Shown one piece after another: positions 51,738-64,000 of a stretch of DNA of 64,000 bases (positions are counted from its first letter, which is position 1; each line of letters begins with the position of its first letter). The notes beneath the pieces were generated by a model. That model did no database searches. It saw nothing but the letters and a program-made list of their open reading frames with translations, and had not been told where the DNA came from. This DNA is from Adineta vaga (Eukaryota; Animalia; Rotifera). The stretch is from assembly GCA_021613535.1 (NCBI GenBank), contig CP075495.1, positions 12,462,001 to 12,526,000 of the forward strand, read 5' to 3'. Position numbers and translations under genes: made by a program.

Positions 51738-53196
51738 TTAGTAGTTTTTGTTTATTGCGGATTCACCGGTAAGATTTGCAATCAATTTAACGTAGATATC
51801 AATACCATGAAGAAAGACATCTTGATGTAAATATTCATTATGATCATGTAGAAGAATCGGTGTATGAATCATCGGTGAAAAACCAATTGCAGGGAAACCA
51901 CAGTCACGTAAATATCTACCATCAGTTGCTGCAGGAAATATTGTCCAATTTGTTTTACATTTCATTTCTTCACATGTTTGTTTGAAAATTTGAAGCCACC
52001 ATGATGGGTTTTCGATATCAGTGATAGCAACTGGACCACTGTCTTGTATATAAATAAGTTGAACTTCATCATCATTTTGTTTTGGTACACGTTTTACGAT
52101 GTCATGAAGAAATTGTTTAAATGAATCATAGCCATTAGGTCGAATACGACAATCAAACCATAAGGAATATTGATCAGGTACAACATTTTGTTGAACACCA
52201 CCGGCAATTTTCGTTAAATTAACTGTGGTGATGTTGCCTAATTGAATTAATTGTTCAGTTGTTTGACTTTTTTCTAAACGTTCTTTTTCTTCAGTACGAT
52301 ATTTTAACATTTCATTAAGAATAAATTGAGCTTTTTCTGCTGCTGTATTTTCAATTAAACGAGATCCATGACCTGTATTACCTTTGGCTACAAATTGAAC
52401 CCACAAAACAGAACGATCACCATGATAAACTTGAAAGACATCACTTTCACTGGCAAGACCTATGAAATAAAAAAAAGATAACACTTTCTAAATTTAAAAC
52501 ATTCAGTTTACCTTCATCTAAAACGAAACCAACATTTAAAGCTTTAAATTCATCCAGAGTAACTAATTTTTTCATTCCACGTACACCACCAATCTCTTCA
52601 TCAGGAACAAATAAACAATGAATAGTTCTTTTCGGTTCATATTTAGCCGCTTTCAAACGTCGAATAGCTTCTAAATATTGAATACCAACACTAAAACAAA
52701 ACTATACTTCAAAACTTGAAAATTATAACCAAAAAACTGTTTTCATTTTCTCATTAATATCTACGAATCCACTATCTCGATCTTACTCAATATTTACCAT
52801 TTCATATCTTGTGTACCACGTCCATAAATTTTTCCATCAAGAATTGCACCAGAAAATGGTGGAACAATCCAATTTTCTTCGAACACTGGTACAACATCAA
52901 TATGTGAATTGAGTAAGATTGTTTTTTCTGATGTTGATGATGGCCACTGAAAAATAGACATTAAAATATCAATATCTTTTCTCTAGTCTAAATCAAACTA
53001 TTTATTTTACAGTTAAAATAGCTGCATGTCGACTTTCGTCTAATGTTATAACACGATATTCAAGACCAAGTTCTTGTGCATATGCTTGCAAAAATTTCAA
53101 AGCTCCATCATAATCCGGTTCAGGTTGTACAGTTTTTACTTGTATATATTCAACAAATCGTTGAATAGCTACTTGATTATGATCTTTATCACTCAT
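51738..53196 (-). CDS. ACY1: Aminoacylase-1 (M20 peptidase family), multi-exon
   Basis: FVEYIQVKTVQPEPDY, LLNSHIDVVPVF, IYGRGTQDMK, FVPDEEIGG, LDEGLA, GHGS, FPAATDGRYLR, LLHDHNE. Confidence 0.95.
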
Positions 53197-53506
53197 CTTT
53201 AACTAACAAACTTTCTAAAAATATCAAATAAGAAAATATAACAACAAAAGGAAATCATTATTCTATTCAAGTTTCATCATAATCATCCTCGTCTAGTTGA
53301 AAATATACTGACAACATGGAAAAAAAGAGATGCAAGTACTTCTCTCTGAATCAAGAGATAAATAAATACACACATACATATAAATATCTATATATATATA
53401 GAGAGAGAGAGAGAAATTACAAAATGTTATGGTTAAAAAGAAAAATATCACTAGAATTGTATCAGTCTACATAATATGCATAAATTCTAGACGATCAAGA
53501 TCAATA

Positions 53507-55242
<1,736 letters not shown>

Positions 55243-55774
55243 CTATTTTCTTTCTCGTTTAAGTGTTAACAATAAATAGCTGAAATAGATGAATATATTT
55301 GGACAAAAAAAAAGAATTTATCAAAGAAAAAGGACTAAGTAGACGAAAAAAATTCTATGAAGAAAAACGGAAGAAAAATAACAAATAATGAGTTTAAAAA
55401 GACGAGAAAAAAATGAGAAAAAAAGAAGAAAGAATTCAGATTTAAAAAAAAACGTCATATCCTCGTCCACTAATACATTAGAAAATAAAACATGACGAAG
55501 TGTAGGAGACAGTGAGAGAGGAAAGCCTTGACACGCTTGTAAGAAGCGTAATTAAGAACGCATAAAGAAGTATGAAAAAGATTGCAAAAATGAGAGGAAA
55601 CTGTTAGTCGGCACTTCTCCTTTCGATCTCACCACGATAGAGTCGTTTTTCTTCGATCAACATTTTCTCTTTTTATTCTCTCTCTCTCCTTCTTTCTTGA
55701 TTCAAAACAAGCATTTAAATTTAATAAAAACAAATAGAAAAAATACGTAGTAAAAGGGAATCTTCAACTAATAT

Positions 55775-56974
55775 TTATTTTACATTGACATTCATGTTGG
55801 GCGAAGATGTTTCTATTGTTATTGATAATGATGATGATGAAAAATAACTTAAGGGATGATGATTAACTTCGAGCCAATCGAGCCATTTAGGTAGATAACG
55901 TTTTAAAAGAGCTAAAAGCATTAAACAGTCATGTTCAGCTTGATGACATTTTAAATGAAGTGCTCCTTGAGGAATTTCTCGCTGATAGATTTTACTAAGT
56001 TTTAATGATTGTTTACTTCGTGTAGGATCTGGCGTAGGGACATATGACGTATTTTTTTCTGAACTTAAAATCATATCGTTTGAATGAATTGATTTATCAT
56101 TTTGATCACTATTGGTTAATATGTCACGTATATATCGAAAGAATGTAAATGAATCACCGCATGAAATTGATAAAAAAGATATCTGATCATGATCTTCTTT
56201 TGAACTAATTGTTTGTACAGATATATTATTTGTTGTAAGTGCATTATCATCATGTTCATTTGTTTGCATATTCATTGATTGGTAATTTAATTGAGTATGG
56301 GTGTCAATTGAATGACCGGAATTAGTCATTGCATTTTGAATTTCATGGAATAGAATGGGAAAATCATAATGATCACCATTATGAGCTAGAAAGAAGAATA
56401 TCATGCAAGTATTCTAAATCCTATCAATATTATTATATTGGTATACGAATAATTCAAACAGAATTTAACAATCTAATATTTGTCTTACCAACAAGACATA
56501 TCGGTTGTTGAAAGTCACTTAAAAATGCTTCTAAGGCTATCACTGTTTCACGATTAAATGGAGCATATTCCATCAACATTAGATTAGTTAAACCTAAAAC
56601 AAACTTATTATGATATAACTACTCAAATATCTATTTTTACTCTTACCAGTTATTTGCGCGACTTCAGAACTTATTAATTTCACTGGATCAAAACATTTCA
56701 CAAATTTATTCTAATTAACAGAAATCAATTTCTATCTCGCATCAAACACTATCTTTACTTACCATCACTCGAGGTAACTCATCCTCTGGTTTTGTTCTTG
56801 CCAATGCTTCTCTAAAGTATTTTTTTTTTCAAAATCGATTCTAAAAAACAAAGGTACTACTCACATATTTACAGCAATCATTGCTAATTCAGTAATTTTT
56901 GGTTCATCTTGAATGAATCCTGTTGTTTCAAGATCAAGAATAACCAATGTTTTAAATTTTGATCGAACACTCAT
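55775..56974 (-). CDS. TREX1/2-like DEDDh 3'-5' exonuclease, multi-exon
   Basis: ExoI LDLETTG..PKITEL, LPRV, ITGL, ExoII PICL|LAHNGDHYDFPIL, CGDS, ExoIII HQAEHDCLML. Confidence 0.9.
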
Positions 56975-57072
56975 ATTAAATAAAATCTACAACAGAAAAA
57001 AGACAAGATACTTCGATAGATATGTATATATATATGTATTTATATTTAAAAGATGAAAAACAAAAATATATA

Positions 57073-57796
57073 TTAAATAGATTGGGATAAGATATCAAGT
57101 AATTGTTTAATATACGTTATTTTTTTTTGTAATTCATAAATCGGTGCTAATTGTGCACTTAACTGTTCAGCTTGTGCCATAAAGGAATAAATTGTTTTGA
57201 TATTTGTTTCAACTGTTTCATTTAATTTCTCTCCAACAGCATCACGATATGTTTGAAGACAACAAACACTTGTTGCTGACATATGATGTAAAGATAAAGT
57301 TAATTGTTCTACAGATTTAACAAATTCTTGTGCAAGTTCACGTGAGTATATTTCAATATCATCTAAAATACGTTTATCAATTGGTAATAAGACTTGATTA
57401 GCATCATTAAGAAGTTGAGATGGTGATATTGAACGACTTGATTCAGCTGATGGAACATCAACAATTGAACTTGAAAGTGAATGAGATGAAATTTCATCTG
57501 TACTTGATGATGGTTTATGTACTAAAGCTGTTGAACGTATTTTATTAACAATATCTTCAACAACAAAACTTGTAAATGTTGCTGAATGATTTGGAGATAA
57601 TTCATTTTCAATTTGTATCAGAAGATCATTGATCAATTGAGAAACTTCATTTGTCAGAGGATCTACGACGATAGAAAACAAAATGAATGATGAAATACGA
57701 TTATAATTAACAAAATTATTTACCTTGCATTTGTTCCTCGTTGACTAACGTCGAAATCGATGATTCGAATCGTTCATCATTATTATCATTCGTCAT
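57073..57796 (-). CDS. BORCS6: BLOC-1-related complex subunit 6 (lyspersin, DUF2365), 2 exons
   Basis: ILDDIE..SRELA..L..SLHHMSATSVCCLQTYRDAV..L.ETVE.NIK.IY.FMAQAEQL...LAPIYELQ..I..IK.LLD.L. Confidence 0.85.
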
Positions 57797-58062
57797 ACTG
57801 TTATATTTTCAATCTACTACAAATAGAAATAGAAAAAGAAATAGTTTATTGAATTGACTTATATATTAATCTAAATTTTGTAAAGAAAATGTTCATAAAC
57901 AATTCATAGATCATTGTATTGATGTATTTGTTCATACGAGAGAAAAACGAAATAGAGAGCCAGACGTTTTTTTAAATACATATAAGTTGGGCAAACGACA
58001 AAACAAAAATGACACCGGAAAGAGAACATCTGACATCGCTGAAGAATAGAAAACAAAATGAT

Positions 58063-61000
58063 TCATAATTTGTTCCATTTGCATTTTAATAAACGAAAAA
58101 AGATTAATGTACGTTCAATCTGTTGAAAATAAGTTTGATCATCAATAGAAACCTTAACTAATTTATGAAATAATGCATCAAATTGATGTTCAAGTAATAA
58201 TTTCAACTGTTTAATTTCATTTGAGTATATAGAAGGAATGGTTTTAATTTCTGCAAATAAATACGAAAGTGATTTTCTTCATATATATATATCGAAATAA
58301 ACTATCTACATACCAATAATCAGATCAGCATAAGAATTGAATAAACTTCGAAGAAGTACTAACGCACTTTCATCAATCTTCTAAAAGAAATCTTTTTTTA
58401 ATAATTCGGTAGAAGAATAGAAGATGGTCTTTTTCTCAGATAAGCGGAGACGAAAAAATTCATGTACTGACAGAAAACAATGTTACTAGTCTCGATTATC
58501 TGACGCCATTATAGAGGCGACATACGTCTATTCGATAAGAACGAAAAGAGTAAAATTCTTACCTCTTTTCGATTCAAAAGATCCTGAGAAAAAGAATAAA
58601 CAATAGAAAATTTCAAAAATTGATTATCAAAATCATTCTATTTACTTGAATTTGTAGAAAAAAATCATTGATTTCAGTATATGATGTAAGTTTGCGATGA
58701 AATTTCTTGGAAATTAATTCATTGATTAATAATAAACGAATATCAACAAATAAATTTTCATCAAATAGAAAGAAATTTAAATATGTGAAATTCTCGTGAC
58801 ATAATTCAGCTAAAAACAAAGACATCTATAAAGAGAAAATTCAATGTTCATTCATTCATTCAAATTTCCTTTTTCAAAATTCCAACCTGTTTGATTCGAC
58901 TAGCTTTTTCATTGACAAATAAAAGACATAATTCCATAATATTAAAACATATCGAAATTCGTTCATTAATCATACTAAAAAAAAAGAAAACAAGACGATT
59001 CTTTCCATTATGAATCAAAAAAAGTTTTGTTTTTCTCTTTACTTATTTATTCGAGAAATAATATGTCGAATGAATTCTTCAATTGAATGAAATAATGTAT
59101 TTTCATTTTGATTAAATTGAAATTGTTTCTTCTTTCGACATTGATTCATATGTAAACCAAGTAATTCAATGAAATAAATAATTAATTTAATACGATAGAA
59201 TGGATTTTTTTTCGTTATTTTTGATTGAAGAAATCGTGTAAAATAATCATCTTCAATCAATGATGAACGATATTTGATTTTCTCATTTCGACCACATAAA
59301 TCATAATCAATTAAATCAAATAATAGATCAAATAAAATATTAATAATTAATGAATATTGATGACATTTCGAACAATTTTCATCCAGATCTTTTTCTTCAT
59401 TATGAATATAGGTTGGTAAATCAAGTAAGAGATAACGTAAATGTGATGTTATACTAAATTGTACAAAGGAAAATTCTTGTTGATCATTGAGAGAATTTCT
59501 TAGAAGAAAGATTTTTATGAAATTTATCAGTATGATTGAAATAAATGAAGATTCAATTTGATAACCAGTTGAAATACATGGATTAATACATTTATTAATA
59601 AGAGATTTATCAAGTGATTTTTTACATGGACAATGCTGATTTTCATGACAGATGAGAATATGATCGAGAAGAAGATTTTCAAGATTAAATAACCATTTCA
59701 AACCCATTGGTGACGAATGAACAATATGATCGAGATCTTTTTGACGAGCACGAATATTATAAGCAACTGAGTATCTAAATAGTATTATACAATACGTTGA
59801 AAAGAAGTTAATGAAATATACAAATACGTACTGTTGTTGTTCGATTTCTTGAATATCGTCATCTTCAATCATACCAATATTATGTTCATTTTCATCATCC
59901 GTATCATCATCAATGACAATGCATCCATCGAAATGTGTTGCTGGTCTATCACTGACTTTAGTATTTGAATGGATTGGATGACTCGATGATTCTGATGGAT
60001 TAGAATTTGTTTGTTGTTGTTGTTCTTTATTAGTTACTGAAGATCATTAGATAGATGGATTATAACAATAGAATATGATCTTACCATTCTCATTGACTAC
60101 GTTAGATGGATTATTTTTTGAAGGTAGATTTGTTTTTGTAGGTAGTGAATTGTTTGATTTTAGTTCTGATTGTTTTGTACTTAATCGTTTGAGTTTCTTT
60201 TGTTTTTTCTTCACTTGTTGATCGTTAACAATCAAATTTGAACTCGTCGATGTTGAAACTGATCTTCGAACAGATGGATCTATTGACTAGAAGGAAGAAA
60301 AAGATGAATACAATTATGAAAAATAATATCTAACGTACTTTAGATGGTTGTAATATTTTTTTAACTTTTTCTTGTGATATCGAAGGAATTGAAGAAATAT
60401 TCGTGACCGAAGATTTCGTATGTTGTTGTTGCCGTTCTTGAAAATTATTTAATTTTCGTTGAGCCAATTTCATATGATCAGATGCCGATTTTTCTTTTGA
60501 TTGGATTGATTTTCGTGGATTATCTGGAACGCGTTTTTGTTGCTGAATAAATGTAGATGTTTTTTGTTGATCTAGAAATTTGAATTTAAAATAATGTCGA
60601 TCAATTAAAATGACAATATTTATTTTACATGAATTCATAGTTGTGTAATGTCGATGTTCAGTAGTTGTTGATTGCACGCCACTATCTGATTGAATTCGAG
60701 ACGTTCTCTTTACAAACAACGAACAGATGAAGTTTATTCAATAAAAATCTCTTTCGACGTGTATATTTACATGAGTATTGATTGACGTTGTTGATTTTCG
60801 CGTATCAGATTCTCGAATAGCATCTACATTATTTTTCATCACTGTATTAAATATTCGTGACATCGGCTTTTTCGAAAGTTTTCCATCTCGATTTGTTGGT
60901 GGTTTTGGTTGGTCAGACTTTTTCGGACTTGTAATCGATGTTTTTGAAGTACGAATCAAAGATTTCTTATTTGAATCATTACTTGAACATAATTTAGGTT

Positions 61001-61929
61001 TCGTTGACGGAATTTGAAATATCTGAATCGTCCTCTTCTGTGCACATTTTTTTTCTGTGAATTTAGCAATGATTTCATTTAATTTCTTTTCATCATTATT
61101 TCGATTCAATTGGCTTGAAGATTCAGTAGATGGAAGATCTACATGACCATCTAATTGAGGTGGTCTGTCAAATACTTCATCATCGTAATTCATTGGTTCA
61201 CTTTTAACAGGTCGATGAATAAATGTAACAAGAAGATCATCAACTTGACTTGATGAAACAACTGGATCTAAAATTAAAACCATACCATAGTCGATATTTA
61301 ATCAATTCACAATAATAAAAAGATTTATCAGTATCAAAGAATTTCTCTCTTTCAATCGAAACTATTAACCTATACGTCATGATCAACAAGAGATCTATTT
61401 ATTTTTCGAACACTTCATTGCCTTTTTTCAGATGTATTTCATGCAATAATTAACAAACCTGATGAAATATCCATTGCATTATCTTCTTCAATAGTTTCTG
61501 CGGTGGTTGTTTGTATGATGGTTTCATCTTCATCATCAACATCACCATCATCATCCGTTTCGATGAGAGGTTGAAAATTTCCCGGTTCCCATTCTGCAAG
61601 TTTCTTGTAATAATCATCATCATTACTTGATGACACTTCTTCAGTATCATCTTGCTCTTCTTCGTCACCATCTGACAAAGAATCGAATCAGATGACATAT
61701 ATTCATCTGAATCATTTGGTGAATTTAATTTGGGTTGAAAACGTAAAAATGAACGTGAAACTTTTGCATTATTCGATGGTTGTTCAGGTGCAAATGATTT
61801 AAAATCAAAACTTGTTTTATTCGAATTACTTTTGAAACGACGTTCAAGTATCTGATGAATTCGTTGAGGATTTATATCAATATACATTAATAGACAACAA
61901 TCACAACAGATTATCGATGTGGAAGACAT
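58063..61929 (-). CDS. Large hypothetical protein: disordered acidic/basic N-half with SIM-like motifs, helical C-terminal domain; multi-exon
   Basis: Series of ORFs joined by short GT-AG introns. SIM-like CIVIDDDTDDE and MIEDDDIQEI. Apparent 1 nt frame break near 61684. Stop at 58063-58065. Confidence 0.6.
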
Positions 61930-64000
61930 ATAACTACGATTTATCTAACTAAAAATAAATGAAGAAATTTGCATTCATTTTTAGCAGAACATATGGATTT
62001 ACTTTTATTTATTGATAAATATTTTCATCTGATAATAAAATTTGGAAGACTTTATTTTATTTATTCTTAGATAGTTTATCTTTACATCTAAGAAATGATC
62101 ACTTTTTCGGGTTTTTCTCTCTTTTTTTTGTCAATTCTTTCTTTGATGAATATGATTAGTCATTGGATAAATGAATGAATACAAACATGCGGTAGATGCC
62201 GTCAATCTATGAATATTGAAAATGCTTTGGATTTAGATGATAGAGAACCATCAATGATAATAATATTTCGAAAATATCTTTTCTTGTAAGTATATATATA
62301 TATATATATATATTTGAAAATGCATTCTTTGACTTTTCTATTGCTGTTATTTTTTCTTTGAGCAGATATGCAATCGTACCAATGCAATAGACAGAAATGT
62401 CGAAAAGCAAATTATAAAAATAGTGATAAATATCAAATTATTTAGGCAGCATTAAGTATGGTACTCTACAATTTATGATGCTTGATTAAAATTATATAGA
62501 TGGATACGCGATATTAACTTGGAAAAATAGTCAATTTTTATTTATTCAGCGAAAAATTAATAACAGGTATTTTTATTTTTTCAATTTCTTAAGTTGAATT
62601 ATCTGATTGATAGAATGTATTTTTCTTGATACAATCATATTGAAATTAAAGGTATCGCAATTGTCAATTTTCTATTCAAAAAAATCAATCAAATGTCATA
62701 CTTTTCAAACTATTCCTATAATCATCAAAGTCATGGGTCATATTTCTTCCGTTTTCTTCGGCTCATTTGTATTTTCTCATGGCATATTACTAATTAAGTT
62801 GAAAAAAAAACATTATATATCATCATCAAAAGTATGATTGCATGGGTCTACGCTCATCGTTAACTGTATCATAATTACATAAATTGATGAAAAAATGAAG
62901 GACATATTGTTTTTTTTTCTCATTTCGACATTCAAATATTGTTTACAGCCTCATGCAACACATAATAACTCAATATGATCGATTAAAATCAGAGTTGATA
63001 ATCTTTTGTTCAATAACTAAAATCACTTTTACATTCGTTAAAAATAGAACAGGGTATTGTACTACGCATACAACGAGAACATAGTCCGCTTGAAAAATTC
63101 TTTCAGACACTATTTGTATGATTCTTCTTATTGCTGTATTTTTAGATTCGCTAACGCTTTTCTCTCCATCGATTTTGAATTGATTTGAAAGAATGAATGA
63201 ATGTAGATTTCATTTACATGCATCAATCATCGTACGATGAAAGAGAAAAGAAAGTATCTCGGTATGTTTAGTTTGTTGTTGTTTCATATGTCATACATGG
63301 CGAGAATAGAAACCTGTTTGTATTCCGGTTTGATTTTCTATTGAACAAAAAGAAAGAAACGAAAAGTTCTTGAAAAAAAACACAGACGATCGATGAAAAT
63401 GTATAAGATTGCTTTGAAATCAGGTGTATATTTGCGTTCGTGAGTTTGTTTCAATGTTTCGATTTCACATAAGTGTTTTATGAATAGAGGTAAAAAAAGA
63501 GACTCTTGTCACATACTATTTCTTTTTTTGATCGGTCAACATTAAAAACAATTAGAAAATAAGTAAGAATGTATTTTTTAAAACTGAATTTTTTCTATCT
63601 TACTTTGACTCATTATCATTGCACTCATGTGTGAAATTAACCTTCAAAGTACTTATATGTATATATACGAAAACTAAACGTATATTTTACTATACTATAT
63701 GTATTAACAGTAGTTGTTTTCTTTTTTTGAAAATGACTTCTAAATTTTTTTATGATGGATTTAGTGATCAATTATGAAGAATATAAAATGTTTTTAATCA
63801 GCAATATAACAGATTTAGTCGTCAAAATTTCTTATCTTGATGAATAATCTTTCAGACGTGTTTGATCGTCATGAATCATGATAAAAGTTTTTGTCATATT
63901 GTGATTCAAACAAATGTCGGATGTTCAGATTTTCATACATTAGTTTTTATCAAGCTGTATGTAAGGATACTTGATGTTTGTTTTTACATTTCAGATATAT

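Noticed and set aside
62000-64000. Short ORFs and a (TA)n tract at the window end
   Set aside because: No coding motifs or repeat structure; appears intergenic.

Overview
Very AT-rich, gene-dense eukaryotic DNA with many 50-60 nt GT-AG introns. Gene content and structure suggest a bdelloid rotifer; this is an inference. Recognisable spliced genes: FRS2/3-like adaptor, LZIC, ATG14, a GGST-type (Psd2-like) phosphatidylserine decarboxylase that is a horizontal-transfer candidate, a SERTA-domain protein, C2orf73/CIMIP6-like, NOXRED1, an innexin with a His-rich tail, a small secreted 8-Cys peptide, LAMP, PDI, SPTLC2, MED20, ACY1, NAMPT, a TREX-like exonuclease and BORCS6, plus several hypothetical proteins. 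Decayed genes: PREB/Sec12, a septin, an EMC2-eRF3 chimera and a hAT TTF zinc-finger fragment. Three structural signals stand out. (1) A ~5.55 kb segment (20590-26139) lies between two related hAT-type MITEs whose outer ends share a 7/8 target-site duplication; it carries foreign-looking pseudogenes (DUF707-like, HNH nuclease) and nested MITEs, consistent with a composite macrotransposon. (2) A ~4.2 kb block (33350-37548) lies between ~229 bp direct repeats with a Helitron-like terminal hairpin and holds the septin and EMC2-eRF3 pseudogenes. (3) Two tightly spaced minus-strand gene runs have splice acceptors just upstream of their ATGs and are candidate trans-spliced operons. All protein identifications come from remembered family motifs, not database searches. 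Coordinates of multi-exon genes are manual estimates of the outer bounds.
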